A DNA stretch of 56,586 bases from Candidatus Mediterraneibacter tabaqchaliae (GCA_019120595.1 DWUV01000073.1:1-56586), one strand, 5' to 3'. Shown: positions 36,751-47,690, numbered from the stretch's first letter. The notes: a model not told the origin generated them from the sequence alone. Translations and numbers: made by a program.

Positions 36751-38460
36751 ATGAGTTATATGACGATAAACAACAGAAGAGTGACATTTACGAACGAGAG
36801 AAACGTGCTTTCCGTGATCCGAAAATCCGGCATCGACCTGCCTACATTCTGCTATCATTCAGAATTGTCAACCTACGGCGCATGCCGCATGTGCGTAGTG
36901 GAGGATGACAGGGGCAGAGTCTTCGCATCCTGCTCGGAAGTCCCGAGGGACGGGATGGTGATCTATACGAATACACCGAGGCTCCAGCATCACAGGAAGA
37001 TGATCATCGAGCTGCTGCTGGCGGCCCACTGCCGCGACTGTACGACCTGCGCGAAGAACGGCGTCTGTACACTCCAGAAGCTGTCCCGCCAGCTCGGCAT
37101 CACAAAGGTGCGTTTTGAGAATAATAAAAAACAGCTCCCCCTGGACACTTCATCAGAATGTGTCATCCGGGATCCGAATAAATGTATCCTCTGCGGCGAC
37201 TGTGTGAGGACCTGCGAGGAGATCCAGGGACTGGGTATCCTGGACTTTGCGTTCCGCGGTTCCAAGATGCAGGTGACGCCCGCGTTCAATAAAGACCTGG
37301 CGCAGACGGACTGTGTGGGATGCGGGCAGTGCCGCGCCGTATGTCCCACAGGCGCGATCAGCATTAAGCAGAATGTGGAGCCCGTATGGGCAGCCCTTGC
37401 TGACAAAAATATCCGCGTCGTGGCGCAGATCGCCCCGGCGGTGCGTGTCGCGGTGGGAGACAAGTTCGGGATCAAGAAAGGCGAGAATACGCTGGGACGT
37501 CTTGTGGCGGCGCTGAGAAGGATCGGATTCGATGAAGTTTACGATACGAATTTCGGCGCGGACCTGACGGTAATGGAAGAGTCAAAGGAGCTGGTAGAAC
37601 GCCTGGGATCAGGGGAGAATCTCCCGCTCTTTACGTCCTGCTGTCCGGCGTGGGTGAAATTCTGTGAGAACCGTTACCCCGAGTTCCGCAAAAATATCTC
37701 CACCTGCCGTTCACCCCAGGAGATGTTCGGCGCGCTGCTGAAAGAAGAGGCGCGGATGAACGCGGAGAAGGACAGGGCAGAAGGGAAAGAGCCGAAGAAG
37801 ACGATGGTAGTCTCCATCATGCCCTGTACAGCGAAGAAGGCGGAGATCACAAGACCCGAGCATTATACGGATGGCGAGCAGAATGTAGACTATGTGCTCA
37901 CGACGACTGAGATCACCCGCATGATCCAGGAGGCGGGCATCGACCTGGCGCAGGTACAGCCGGAGGCTCTGGATATGCCGTTTGGTCTGGCATCCGGCGC
38001 GGGCGCGATCTTCGGAGTGACCGGAGGCGTGACAGAGGCAGTCCTGAGACGGCTTGTAAACAGCAGCCGGGCGGAAGACCTGGAGGAGATCAGTTTCTCC
38101 GGCGTCCGCGGCGTGGACGGCATCAAGGAGGCAAAAGTGAACCTGAACGGGCGCGAGGTGAAGATTGCGGTCGTCAACGGGCTCCACTGCGCGGAAGACT
38201 TGCTGGAGAAGATGAAGGCAGGGGAAGCGCACTATGATTTCGTGGAAGTCATGGCGTGCAAGAGAGGCTGTATCGCAGGAGGCGGACAGCCGGTGCCGAT
38301 CGGACCGAGGACGAAGAAGGCAAGACTGGAAGGGATCTATAAGATCGACAGCATGGCGCAGATCAAGCTGTCCAATGAGAACCCGATCATCACAGAAGTG
38401 TACGCGGGGATATTGAAAGGGAAAGAGCATAAGCTGCTGCATAATGAAAGGAATGTTTAA
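36751..38460 (+). CDS. hydA: [FeFe]-hydrogenase catalytic subunit (group A3-type context)
   Basis: H-cluster motifs FTSCCPAW, MPCTAKKAE, EVMACKRGCIAGGGQP; N-terminal Fe-S domains. Confidence 0.93.
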   Translation: MSYMTINNRRVTFTNERNVLSVIRKSGIDLPTFCYHSELSTYGACRMCVVEDDRGRVFASCSEVPRDGMVIYTNTPRLQHHRKMIIELLLAAHCRDCTTCAKNGVCTLQKLSRQLGITKVRFENNKKQLPLDTSSECVIRDPNKCILCGDCVRTCEEIQGLGILDFAFRGSKMQVTPAFNKDLAQTDCVGCGQCRAVCPTGAISIKQNVEPVWAALADKNIRVVAQIAPAVRVAVGDKFGIKKGENTLGRLVAALRRIGFDEVYDTNFGADLTVMEESKELVERLGSGENLPLFTSCCPAWVKFCENRYPEFRKNISTCRSPQEMFGALLKEEARMNAEKDRAEGKEPKKTMVVSIMPCTAKKAEITRPEHYTDGEQNVDYVLTTTEITRMIQEAGIDLAQVQPEALDMPFGLASGAGAIFGVTGGVTEAVLRRLVNSSRAEDLEEISFSGVRGVDGIKEAKVNLNGREVKIAVVNGLHCAEDLLEKMKAGEAHYDFVEVMACKRGCIAGGGQPVPIGPRTKKARLEGIYKIDSMAQIKLSNENPIITEVYAGILKGKEHKLLHNERNV

Positions 38461-38506
38461 ATACCCTTTCTGCTTATAAAATAATTTTTCCGCACGGTTG
38501 TGGAAA

Positions 38507-38552
38507 CGTGAAAAATCGTCTATACTCTTTAGGGTATGGACGATTTTTTACG
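38507..38552 (+). terminator. Intrinsic terminator of hyd operon
   Basis: CGTGAAAAATCGTCTATAC...GTATGGACGATTTTTTACG. Confidence 0.7.
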
Positions 38553-38642
38553 TGACAGATCCGGCAGGCGTATGCCGTGCCGCGGTACGGACAGGCGTAT
38601 GCCGGATTCTGTCCTGCATAAGATAAGATCAGGAGGAGACAG

Positions 38643-39248
38643 ATGAAATCCAGTTCGAATGAAAGATCAAAAGATACACAGAGCTCACAGAACAAGATCC
38701 TGACGATCCCGAATATCCTGTCCTTTTTCAGGCTCTGCCTGATCCCGGTCATCATGTGGCTGTACTGTGTGGAGGAAAACTACCTGTGGGCAGGGATCAC
38801 CCTCATACTTTCAGGCATAACGGATACCGTGGACGGCTTTGTGGCAAGGCATTTCCACATGACAAGCGATCTGGGGAAGATGCTGGACCCGGTGGCGGAC
38901 AAGCTGACCCAGGCGGCGATGCTCTTCTGCCTGCTCACCCGATTCCCGCTCATGATCCTGCCGCTGGCGCTGATGGTGGTGAAGGAGACTTTTATGGGCA
39001 TTACCGGGCTGCTGGTCATACATAAGACGGGAAAAGTGTTTGGGGCGGACTGGCACGGCAAGGTAACGACATGGCTGCTTTACGCGATGATGATTCTGCA
39101 TGTGTTCTGGTACAATATCCCGATGGGGGTATCCAGAGCGCTGATCGGAGTATGCGTGGCCATGATGCTGGTATCGCTGGTGCTCTATGGGAGGAGTAAT
39201 CTGCGGGCGCTGAGAGAAGGAAAGCAGTCGCAGACAAAAAAATATTGA
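38643..39248 (+). CDS. CDP-alcohol phosphatidyltransferase family protein (PgsA-like)
   Basis: TIPNILSFFR, TDTVDGFVAR..TSDLGKMLDPVADK. Confidence 0.9.
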   Translation: MKSSSNERSKDTQSSQNKILTIPNILSFFRLCLIPVIMWLYCVEENYLWAGITLILSGITDTVDGFVARHFHMTSDLGKMLDPVADKLTQAAMLFCLLTRFPLMILPLALMVVKETFMGITGLLVIHKTGKVFGADWHGKVTTWLLYAMMILHVFWYNIPMGVSRALIGVCVAMMLVSLVLYGRSNLRALREGKQSQTKKY

Positions 39249-39273
39249 CAATCCGAAAATGCGGTGGTATTGT
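39245..39273 (+). promoter_or_regulatory. Sigma-A promoter of trp operon
   Basis: TTGACA-N17-TATTGT with extended TG. Confidence 0.75.
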
Positions 39274-39294
39274 AGAACTCAAGTTAATACACTA

Positions 39295-39589
39295 AACCGT
39301 TGAAGCGGAGATAACGGCGATCATGCCTTTACAGAGAGTCCGGGATGCTGAGAACCGGGCGAGAAACAAGTCGTCAAATGGACCGCTGAGGGCGCAGTCA
39401 AATGCAGGGATATGGCATCCCGCAGAGTATTCTGCGACGTGGAGGCATACGTTAGTTGCCGGGGATATGATAGTATCCTGCTAAGCGCACGGGAGATTTC
39501 CCGTGAATTCGAGGTGGCACCGCGGATTATAATTATTTTGTATGATTCGTCCTTGACAGAAATAAAAATCTGTCAGGGACTTTTTTATT
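39295..39589 (+). ncRNA. Trp T-box riboswitch leader
   Basis: Stem I with AGAGAG and GCTGAGA motifs, specifier TGG at 39379-39381, T-box AATTCGAGGTGGCACCGCG (~39506-39524), antiterminator CGTCCT, terminator GTCCTTGACAGA...TCTGTCAGGGAC-TTTTTT. Confidence 0.92.
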
Positions 39590-39729
39590 GCATAAGTAAG
39601 GCACAAACTTGAGATTTGTGACGAGATGACTTGGCATACCATCTGATAAAGACAACCCGGCCAGATTATGAATGGCATGGCTGGAAACACCAATATCCTC
39701 TGGCAGACGAAGAAAAGGAGGCATAAGCG

Positions 39730-41211
39730 ATGAAGATTTTACCCGGTTTGGAAGACGTCAGAAAGATCGCGCGTACAGGAGAGTACAAGGTGGTCCCGGT
39801 GAGCTGTGAGATCCTCTCGGACATCTGCACCCCCATCGAAGCGATGAAGATCTTAAAGAATGTATCCACTCACTGCTATATGCTGGAGTCAGCGCAGGCG
39901 GATGAAAAATGGGGCAGATATACCTTCCTTGGATATGACCCGAAGATGGAGATCACCTGCATGGATGGGGAGATGAATGCGGGCGGCGTCCGGTTCAGGA
40001 CAGACGACCCGTCCGGGTATCTCCGCCAGATCCTCGCGGATCACAAGAGCCCGCGATTTGAGTATCTTCCCACCTTTACCGGAGGATTGGTAGGATATTT
40101 CTCCTATGATTATCTCGGATACAGCGAACCTGCGGTGCGGACAGAGGCGGAGGATACCGAAGCATTTAAAGATGTGGATCTGATGCTCTTTGACAAAGTG
40201 ATCGCCTTTGACCATTTCCGGCAGAAGATCATCCTGATCGCAAATATGCGTCTAGGTGAAGACGCGGAAGGGGCTTTGGAGACCGAGTGCAACAGGGCGG
40301 TCATGGAGTTGAAACAGATGCGCGATCTTCTGCGTACCGGAGAGAAAAAGGAAGAACCGGGCGGACATCTCACAGGAGAGATCACGCCGTTGTTTGACAG
40401 AGTGGAGTTCTGCTCCATGGTGGAAAAGGCGAAGCATCACATCCGTGAGGGAGATATCTTCCAGATCGTGCTTTCCAACCGTCTCGCGGCCCCCTTTGAG
40501 GGAAGCCTTCTGAACACATACCGGGTGCTGCGGACGATCAATCCGTCGCCGTACATGTTCTATTTCTCAGGGACAGATGTGGAGGTGGCAGGCGCTTCCC
40601 CGGAGACGCTGGTCAGGCTGGAGAATGGTGTGCTCCATACATTCCCGCTGGCGGGGACAAGACCGAGAGGAAAGACGGATGAGGAAGACATGGAGCTGGA
40701 GAAGGAGCTCCTGAAGGACGAAAAAGAGCTCGCTGAGCACAACATGCTGGTGGACCTGGGGCGGAATGACCTGGGCAAGATCAGCCGGTTCGGCACTGTG
40801 CAGGTGGAGAAATTCCATTCTATCGAAAGGTTTTCCCATGTGATGCACATCGGTTCTACCGTGCGCGGCGAGATCCGGGACGGCTGCGACGCGCTGGATG
40901 CTGTCGAGGCGGTCCTTCCGGCGGGGACGCTCTCCGGAGCGCCGAAGATCCGGGCGTGCCAGCTCATCGGCGAACTGGAAAATAATAAGAGAGGCATCTA
41001 CGGCGGCGCCATCGGATATATTGACTTTACAGGAAATATGGATACCTGTATCGCCATCCGTATCGCGTATAAGAAAAACGGCAGAGTGTTCGTGCGCAGC
41101 GGCGCCGGGATCGTAGCGGACTCAGTGCCGGAGAAGGAATACCAGGAATGTATCAATAAAGCGGGCGCAGTGATGGACGCGCTGAGAGCGGCAGAGGAGG
41201 TGGACCTGTGA
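39730..41211 (+). CDS. trpE: Anthranilate synthase component I
   Basis: MLES..GRYTF, GDIFQIVLS, NPSPYM, ASPE, PLAGTRPRG, EHNMLVDLGRND, PAGTLSGAPKIRA. Confidence 0.96.
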   Translation: MKILPGLEDVRKIARTGEYKVVPVSCEILSDICTPIEAMKILKNVSTHCYMLESAQADEKWGRYTFLGYDPKMEITCMDGEMNAGGVRFRTDDPSGYLRQILADHKSPRFEYLPTFTGGLVGYFSYDYLGYSEPAVRTEAEDTEAFKDVDLMLFDKVIAFDHFRQKIILIANMRLGEDAEGALETECNRAVMELKQMRDLLRTGEKKEEPGGHLTGEITPLFDRVEFCSMVEKAKHHIREGDIFQIVLSNRLAAPFEGSLLNTYRVLRTINPSPYMFYFSGTDVEVAGASPETLVRLENGVLHTFPLAGTRPRGKTDEEDMELEKELLKDEKELAEHNMLVDLGRNDLGKISRFGTVQVEKFHSIERFSHVMHIGSTVRGEIRDGCDALDAVEAVLPAGTLSGAPKIRACQLIGELENNKRGIYGGAIGYIDFTGNMDTCIAIRIAYKKNGRVFVRSGAGIVADSVPEKEYQECINKAGAVMDALRAAEEVDL

Positions 41212-41771
41212 TACTGTTGATCGACAATTATGACAGCTTTTCCTACAATCTGTATCAGATGGTCGGAGAGATCGATCCTGAGATCAGAGTCATTCGGAAC
41301 GATGAGATGACAGTGGATGAGATCAGGGAGATGGGACCTGACCGGATCATCCTCTCGCCGGGGCCGGGGAGACCGGAGGATGCGGGGATCATCATTGAGG
41401 CGGCAAAAGAGCTGGGGCGTGAGATCCCCATTCTGGGCGTCTGCCTGGGGCACCAGGCAGTGTGCGCGGCGTTCGGGGCAAAGATCACATATGCGAAAGA
41501 GCTGATGCACGGGAGACAGTCCGAGGTACGGTTCGACAGGGAATGCCCGCTGTTCCGGGAGATCCCGCCGACTGCCCCGGCGGCGAGGTATCATTCCCTT
41601 GCGGCGGACGCATCCACGCTCCCGGAGGAATTGCTGGTCACAGCCGTCGCGGACGACGGCGAGGTGATGGCAGTGCAGCACAGAGATTACCCGATCTACG
41701 GGGTACAGTTCCACCCGGAATCCATCATGACGCCGGACGGCAGACAGATGCTGAAAAATTTTATCGAGTAA
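41208..41771 (+). CDS. trpG: Anthranilate synthase component II (glutamine amidotransferase)
   Basis: LLIDNYDSF, SPGPG, GVCLGHQ, RYHSL, QFHPES; GTG start overlapping trpE stop. Confidence 0.96.
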   Translation: MILLIDNYDSFSYNLYQMVGEIDPEIRVIRNDEMTVDEIREMGPDRIILSPGPGRPEDAGIIIEAAKELGREIPILGVCLGHQAVCAAFGAKITYAKELMHGRQSEVRFDRECPLFREIPPTAPAARYHSLAADASTLPEELLVTAVADDGEVMAVQHRDYPIYGVQFHPESIMTPDGRQMLKNFIE

Positions 41772-41786
41772 AAGGAGACAGAAGCC

Positions 41787-42851
41787 ATGATCAAAGAAGC
41801 AATCGTAAAAATCGTAAACAAAGAAGACCTGACCTATCATGAAGCGTATACTGTGATGAATGAGATCATGAGCGGGGAAACAACGCCCACACAGAATGCG
41901 GCATTCCTTTCCGCCCTTTCCACAAAGAGCGCCAGGGCGGAGACCAAAGATGAGATCTCCGGCTGCGCGGCTGCGATGCGCGACCATGCGGTAAAAGTGG
42001 AGACCGGGATGGATGTATTCGAGATCGTAGGGACCGGCGGGGACAATGCCCGCAGCTTCAATATCTCGACCACTTCCGCATTGGTCGCGGCGGCAGGCGG
42101 CATGAAGGTGGCAAAGCACGGCAACCGGGCGGCGTCCTCCCAGTGCGGGACGGCGGACTGTCTGGAAGCGCTGGGGGTGAATATCCGGCAGAGCCCGGAG
42201 CGCTGCGTGGAGCTGTTAAAGGAAGCGGGGATGTGCTTTTTCTTCGCGCAGGAGTATCATACCTCCATGAAATATGTGGGGGCGATACGGAAAGAACTGG
42301 GATTCCGGACTGTATTCAATATCCTGGGGCCTTTGACGAATCCCGGGAAACCGTCCATGCAGCTTTTGGGCGTGTATGATGACTATCTGGTGGGACCTCT
42401 GGCACAGGTGCTGGCAGACCTGGGCGTGAAAAAGGGAATGGTGGTCTACGGACAGGATAAATTAGACGAGATCTCACTGAGCGCACCGACGACTGTCTGC
42501 GAGATCCGGGACGGATGGATCCGAAATTATGTGATCACCCCGGAGGACTTTGGATTTGACCGCTGCACAAAGGCAGACCTTCTGGGCGGGACGCCGGAAG
42601 AGAATGCGGCGATCACAAGGTCCATCCTGAAAGGGGAGAAGGGGCATCGGAGGAATGCAGTGCTCATGAACGCCGGGGCATCGCTCTATATCGGCGGGAA
42701 GGCGGAGTCCATGGCTGATGGCGTGAAGCTGGCGGCGGAGCTGATCGATTCCGGGAAAGCGCTGGAGACACTGGAAAAGCTGATCGAGATCAGCAACCGA
42801 CCGGAGCTGGAGGATGAGCCCGGGACGGCAGAAGCGGAGGTGCAGGGATGA
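41787..42851 (+). CDS. trpD: Anthranilate phosphoribosyltransferase
   Basis: [31 protein letters not shown]. Confidence 0.96.
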   Translation: MIKEAIVKIVNKEDLTYHEAYTVMNEIMSGETTPTQNAAFLSALSTKSARAETKDEISGCAAAMRDHAVKVETGMDVFEIVGTGGDNARSFNISTTSALVAAAGGMKVAKHGNRAASSQCGTADCLEALGVNIRQSPERCVELLKEAGMCFFFAQEYHTSMKYVGAIRKELGFRTVFNILGPLTNPGKPSMQLLGVYDDYLVGPLAQVLADLGVKKGMVVYGQDKLDEISLSAPTTVCEIRDGWIRNYVITPEDFGFDRCTKADLLGGTPEENAAITRSILKGEKGHRRNAVLMNAGASLYIGGKAESMADGVKLAAELIDSGKALETLEKLIEISNRPELEDEPGTAEAEVQG

Positions 42852-43684
42852 CGGCGGCCGGCATGGGAGCACAGGCAGAAAAAGGAAAGAGACCCGGCGG
42901 CGGGACGATCCTGGACCGATTGACGGACCACGCCAGGGAACGGGTGGAAGAGGCGAAGCGCAGACAGCCCCTGGCAGAGATCCGGCAGAGGGCATCGGAT
43001 ATGCCGAAAGGAAATTTCGCCTTTGAAAATGCGTTAAAAAAATCGGACATCGCCTTTATCTGCGAGTGCAAAAAGGCGTCTCCGTCCAAAGGGCTGATCG
43101 CGCCGGAGTTCCTCTATCTTTCGATCGCCCGGGAATATGAGGCGGCGGGAGCGGATGCCGTCTCCGTGCTGACAGAGCCCAAGTGGTTCCTGGGAAGTGA
43201 TAAATACTTGAAAGATATTGCCGGGGCAGTGTCCATCCCCTGCCTGAGAAAAGATTTCACAGTGGACGAATACATGATCTATGAGGCAAAGCTGCTTGGA
43301 GCGTCCGCTGTGCTCCTGATCTGCTCGATCCTGTCTGAGGAGCAGATAAAAGAGTACATCGGGATCTGTGACGGGCTGGGGCTGTCTGCCCTGGTGGAAG
43401 CCCATGACGGGGAAGAAGTGGAAATGGCGCTGAGCGCGGGCGCCCGGATGATCGGAGTGAACAACCGGAATTTAAAAGACTTTTCCGTAGATACAGAGAA
43501 CAGCCGGAGACTGCGGCAGATGATCCCACCGGAAGTCCTGTTCGTCTCTGAGAGCGGCGTGGGAAGCGCGGAGGATGTAAGCAGGCTGCGCGGGATCGGG
43601 GCTGACGCGGTGCTGATCGGAGAGACGCTGATGCGCGCGGCGGATAAAAAAGCAAAGCTCCGGGAGCTGAAAGGTGAAGGATAG
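42848..43684 (+). CDS. trpC: Indole-3-glycerol phosphate synthase
   Basis: [32 protein letters not shown]. Confidence 0.95.
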   Translation: MTAAGMGAQAEKGKRPGGGTILDRLTDHARERVEEAKRRQPLAEIRQRASDMPKGNFAFENALKKSDIAFICECKKASPSKGLIAPEFLYLSIAREYEAAGADAVSVLTEPKWFLGSDKYLKDIAGAVSIPCLRKDFTVDEYMIYEAKLLGASAVLLICSILSEEQIKEYIGICDGLGLSALVEAHDGEEVEMALSAGARMIGVNNRNLKDFSVDTENSRRLRQMIPPEVLFVSESGVGSAEDVSRLRGIGADAVLIGETLMRAADKKAKLRELKGEG

Positions 43685-43744
43685 ATGATGAAGATCAGGC
43701 TCCCGGGAGCTGAAAGGAGAGGCGTAAATGACGAAGATCAAGCT
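43657..43744 (+). repeat. ~43-bp diverged tandem duplication of the trpC-trpF junction
   Basis: gctc-cgggagctgaaaggtgaaggatagatgatgaagatcaggct vs gctcccgggagctgaaaggagaggcgtaaatgacgaagatcaagct. Confidence 0.8.
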
Positions 43745-44354
43745 GTGCGGGCTGTCCCGCCCCTGCGATATCCGGGCGGCGAATGAGCTTCTGCCGGATT
43801 ACATCGGATTTGTCTTTGCTCCGAAGAGCCGGAGATACGTGTCCCCGGAGAAGGCGGCGGAGCTGAAGCGGATGCTGGATCCGGGGATCCGGGCAGCCGG
43901 GGTGTTTGTGGATGAGCAACCTCAGGTGATAGAGGCGCTTGTCAGCCGGGGCGTGATCGATGCAGTGCAGCTTCACGGCAGGGAGAATGAAGATTATATC
44001 CAAGACCTCAGGAAACAGCTGGGAAACACCCGGATCATCCAGGCGTTTTCTATCTGCTCGGAGCAGGATGCCAAAAGAGCGGAGGAGAGCAGCGCAGACC
44101 TGATCCTGGCGGATTCCCCCGGCGGCGGGACCGGAGAGGTGTTTGACTGGACGCTGCTCAGTAAGATCCGCCGTCCGTATTTCCTGGCGGGTGGGCTGAC
44201 CCCGGATAATGCCGGAGACGCGGTAAATGCGCTGGCCCCATACGGAGTGGACGTCAGCTCAGGGATAGAGACGGGCGGAGAGAAAGACCGGAAGAAAATG
44301 GAGAAATTTGTCCTGGCGGTCAGACGCGCGGACGCGCGGCGGCAGGGAGAATAA
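43728..44354 (+). CDS. trpF: Phosphoribosylanthranilate isomerase
   Basis: KIKLCGL, GFVF..KSRRYV, QLHG.E, GGTG..FDW, LAGGL, DVSSGIE. Confidence 0.95.
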   Translation: MTKIKLCGLSRPCDIRAANELLPDYIGFVFAPKSRRYVSPEKAAELKRMLDPGIRAAGVFVDEQPQVIEALVSRGVIDAVQLHGRENEDYIQDLRKQLGNTRIIQAFSICSEQDAKRAEESSADLILADSPGGGTGEVFDWTLLSKIRRPYFLAGGLTPDNAGDAVNALAPYGVDVSSGIETGGEKDRKKMEKFVLAVRRADARRQGE

Positions 44355-44458
44355 AAGCCGGTCTGCGGACGCGCGGCGCCGGAAAGCCAGGTTCATGCCC
44401 TGCGCGGGAGTATGACGGACAGACAAATAAGATAAATAATAGGAAAGGAAGAGATACA

Positions 44459-45649
44459 ATGACAAACCCGAACGGACGCTTCGGCATCCACGGCGGTCAG
44501 TATATACCGGAGACACTGATGAACGCTGTGATCGAGCTGGAAGAAGCGTATAACCATTATAAAAACGACCCGGAGTTTAACCGGGAGCTGGAGGAGCTTT
44601 TCAATGAATACGCGGGAAGGCCTTCCCGCCTGTACTATGCGGAGAAGATGACAGAGGACCTGGGCGGGGCGAAGATCTACCTGAAGAGGGAAGACCTGAA
44701 CCATACAGGAGCACACAAGATCAACAACGTGCTGGGCCAGGCGCTCCTTGCGAAGAAGATGGGCAAGACCCGTCTGATCGCGGAGACAGGCGCCGGGCAG
44801 CACGGAGTCGCCACTGCTACTGCGGCGGCTCTCATGGACATGGAATGCGTGGTCTTCATGGGAGAGGAAGATACGGTTCGCCAGGCGCTCAATGTATACC
44901 GCATGCGTCTGCTCGGGGCGGAGGTCATCCCGGTGAAGACGGGAACAGCAACACTGAAAGACGCAGTCTCAGAGGCGATGCGGGAGTGGACGTCCAGGAT
45001 CAGCGACACCCACTACTGCCTCGGATCTGTCATGGGTCCCCATCCGTTCCCCACGATCGTAAGGGATTTCCAGGCGGTCATCTCCAAAGAGATCAAAGAG
45101 CAGATCATGCAGAAGGAAGGACGCCTTCCGGACGCGGTGGTCGCCTGTGTGGGAGGCGGCTCCAATGCCATCGGGAGCTTCTATCATTTCATCGAGGATG
45201 AGGGAGTACGGCTGATCGGATGTGAGGCAGCAGGAAAGGGCATCGACTCCTTTGAGACAGCGGCAACGGTCAATACGGGAAGGGTCGGTATCTTCCACGG
45301 CATGAAGTCCTATTTCTGCCAGGATGGATACGGACAGATCGCCCCGGTGTACTCCATTTCCGCGGGGCTGGATTATCCGGGCGTGGGTCCGGAGCACGCA
45401 TACCTCCATGACATCGGCCGGGCGGAATATGTTCCGGTCACGGACGAGGAGGCAGTGAATGCATTTGAATACCTGGCGAGGACAGAAGGGATCATTCCGG
45501 CGATCGAGTCCGCACACGCTGTGGCGCATGCCATGAAGATCGCGCCGGAGATGAGTCGGGATCAGATCATCGTCATCACGGTCTCGGGTAGGGGCGATAA
45601 AGACTGCGCTGCCATTGCCCGTTACAGAGGGGAGGATATCTATGAGTAA
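44459..45649 (+). CDS. trpB: Tryptophan synthase beta chain
   Basis: [52 protein letters not shown]. Confidence 0.97.
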   Translation: MTNPNGRFGIHGGQYIPETLMNAVIELEEAYNHYKNDPEFNRELEELFNEYAGRPSRLYYAEKMTEDLGGAKIYLKREDLNHTGAHKINNVLGQALLAKKMGKTRLIAETGAGQHGVATATAAALMDMECVVFMGEEDTVRQALNVYRMRLLGAEVIPVKTGTATLKDAVSEAMREWTSRISDTHYCLGSVMGPHPFPTIVRDFQAVISKEIKEQIMQKEGRLPDAVVACVGGGSNAIGSFYHFIEDEGVRLIGCEAAGKGIDSFETAATVNTGRVGIFHGMKSYFCQDGYGQIAPVYSISAGLDYPGVGPEHAYLHDIGRAEYVPVTDEEAVNAFEYLARTEGIIPAIESAHAVAHAMKIAPEMSRDQIIVITVSGRGDKDCAAIARYRGEDIYE

Positions 45650-46412
45650 TATAAGAAAAGCATTTGAAAACGGAAAAGCATTTATCCCGTTCATCACCTG
45701 CGGGGATCCGGATCTGGAGACAACGGCAGCAGTTGTCCGCGCGGCTGCGGCAAACGGCGCCGACCTGATCGAGCTTGGCATCCCCTTCTCCGACCCCACG
45801 GCAGAGGGACCGGTGATCCAGGGGGCGAACCTGCGGGCACTGAACGGCGGAGTCACCACGGATAAAATCTTTGATCTTGTGAGAGAACTGCGCAGGGATG
45901 TGGAAGTGCCGATGGTATTTATGACCTATGCAAATGTGGTCTTCTCCTACGGATCCGAACGGTTCGTCTCTACCTGCCGGGAGATTGGGATCGACGGGCT
46001 GATCCTGCCGGACATCCCGTATGAAGAGAAAGAAGAATTCCTCCCCGTCTGCCGCAGGTACGGCGTGGATCTGATCTCCCTGATCGCGCCGACGTCGGAG
46101 GACCGGATCGCTATGATCGCCCGGGAAGCGGAAGGATTCCTGTATATCGTCTCCAGCCTGGGGGTTACCGGGGTGCGGAGCGAGATCAAGACCGACCTGG
46201 GAGCGATCGTGGAGACGGTACGGCAGAATACGGATATCCCGTGCGCCATCGGGTTCGGCATCTCCACGCCGGAGCAGGCGGCGAAAATGGCGGGGATCTC
46301 GGACGGGGCGATCGTCGGTTCTGCGATCGTCAGGCTGATCGGGAAGTATGGGAAAGACGCGCCGGAGTATGTGGGAGAGTATGTGAAGAGGATGAAAGAA
46401 GCGCTGAGATAA
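45642..46412 (+). CDS. trpA: Tryptophan synthase alpha chain
   Basis: ATG 45642 after GGAGG, overlapping trpB stop; [34 protein letters not shown]. Confidence 0.96.
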   Translation: MSNIRKAFENGKAFIPFITCGDPDLETTAAVVRAAAANGADLIELGIPFSDPTAEGPVIQGANLRALNGGVTTDKIFDLVRELRRDVEVPMVFMTYANVVFSYGSERFVSTCREIGIDGLILPDIPYEEKEEFLPVCRRYGVDLISLIAPTSEDRIAMIAREAEGFLYIVSSLGVTGVRSEIKTDLGAIVETVRQNTDIPCAIGFGISTPEQAAKMAGISDGAIVGSAIVRLIGKYGKDAPEYVGEYVKRMKEALR

Positions 46413-46451
46413 GGAAAGATTTATAAGGAAATCGGAAGGACTAAAGGAGCG

Positions 46452-46505
46452 AAAGGGCAGAAATGCCGCCAGTGATCTGCATGCGGGCGGTATTTCTGCC
46501 CTTTT
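46452..46505 (+). terminator. Intrinsic terminator of trp operon
   Basis: AAAGGGCAGAAATGCCGCC...GGCGGTATTTCTGCCCTTTT. Confidence 0.8.
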
Positions 46506-46549
46506 GAGTTGGAGGTTTGAGCTTTGGAGCACGTTTTACATTTTTATAC

Positions 46550-46609
46550 TTGACAAATATATCATATGACGATATATTATAATTACAATATATCACTTAA
46601 CGATATATT
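46550..46609 (+). promoter_or_regulatory. Sigma-A promoter with two palindromic operators (probable PadR autoregulation)
   Basis: TTGACA-N17-TATATT; AATATATC-N7-GATATATT at 46556-46578 and 46587-46609. Confidence 0.75.
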
Positions 46610-46671
46610 GGGATGCGAAAATACCTCCTATGGAAACAGAGAGAGGAGCGAGCTTAGAGAGGAGTGAGAGG

Positions 46672-46995
46672 ATGTCAGAGAAGGAAACACCGCTGACAGA
46701 AGCGTTTTTTTATATCCTGCTGTCCCTGCGGAAGCCGAATCACGGATACGGCATCATCCAGGAGGTGGAGCATCTGACGAACGGGCGCGTAGTCCTCGGT
46801 CCGGGTACCCTTTACGGAGCACTGCAGACTATGCAGAAGCGGGACTGGATCAGGATCTACAGCCAGGATACAGAGTCGCGGAAGAAAAAGGAGTATATGA
46901 TCACAGAGCTGGGGAAAGAAGCGTTCGAAGCGGAGAGGAACCGGCTGAAAGAACTGCTGGACAATGCAAAGCTCATGGAGGAGGGAGAAGCATGA
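46672..46995 (+). CDS. PadR family transcriptional regulator
   Basis: PLTEAFFYILLSL..PNHGYGIIQ, GPGTLYGAL, RKKEY.ITELG; start at 46672 preferred over 46630. Confidence 0.92.
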   Translation: MSEKETPLTEAFFYILLSLRKPNHGYGIIQEVEHLTNGRVVLGPGTLYGALQTMQKRDWIRIYSQDTESRKKKEYMITELGKEAFEAERNRLKELLDNAKLMEEGEA

Positions 46996-47690
46996 TCCGA
47001 TTCAGACTGTATTATGACAAGGACAGGGAGACAGAGTGGCTCAATGAGATGGCGGCTGACGGCTGGGCGCTGAAAAGTTTTTTCGCAGGATTTTATAAAT
47101 TTGAGCCATGTGAGAAAGGGGAATATATCTATCAGATCGATCTTGGGGATGAGCTGTATTCAGTCAGCGACGAATACCGGGAGCTGATGGGAGAGCTCGG
47201 TGTGGAGATCGTAGTGCTGTGGGGCTTTTGGATCATACTGCGCAAGCGGGCGGAAGACGGTCCGTTTGAGCTGTATACGGATGTAGATTCGAAGATCGAA
47301 CATTACCGGAAGATACGGCGGATGTTCAAGGTCGTAACGGTCATAGAGCTGCTCGCGCTTTTTTCGGAGATCTATGCGGGAATGACAGGGAATGGTGTTG
47401 GCTGGGTGTTTGCGCTTCTGATCAGCCTGTTTGTTTTCACCTGTGCGGATGCAACGCTCCGGACCAATAAGGTCATCGCGAGACTGGAGGAACAAAAAAG
47501 CGGGATCGAGCCGGAGAAGAAGGGAGGGGGTACTTTGCCGCTGATCATCATATCCATAGGACTTCTGACCAACTGCTGTATGGCGGCGGCAGAGAGATTT
47601 GCGCCGCCGATGATAAGTTATCCTGTCCACATTTTCGCTGTTATCATGATGGCCGTCGGTATCGTGCTCACGGTAAAGGAAGGGAAATGA
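46992..47690 (+). CDS. DUF2812-like membrane protein
   Basis: ETEWLNEMAADGWAL, Y.F...E.GEY.YQID, FELYTD.DSKIE; ATGA overlap with padR, a usual pairing. Confidence 0.8.
   Translation: MIRFRLYYDKDRETEWLNEMAADGWALKSFFAGFYKFEPCEKGEYIYQIDLGDELYSVSDEYRELMGELGVEIVVLWGFWIILRKRAEDGPFELYTDVDSKIEHYRKIRRMFKVVTVIELLALFSEIYAGMTGNGVGWVFALLISLFVFTCADATLRTNKVIARLEEQKSGIEPEKKGGGTLPLIIISIGLLTNCCMAAAERFAPPMISYPVHIFAVIMMAVGIVLTVKEGK

Noticed and set aside
38565-38604. 13-bp direct repeat CAGGCGTATGCCG, and CGGATCAATAA x2 at ~50455-50479
   Set aside because: Two-copy micro-duplications with no promoter-linked position; probably slippage scars.
39280-39729. Trp leader-peptide attenuator (ORF 39412-39612)
   Set aside because: The ORF has no Trp codons; the T-box with a UGG specifier explains the leader.
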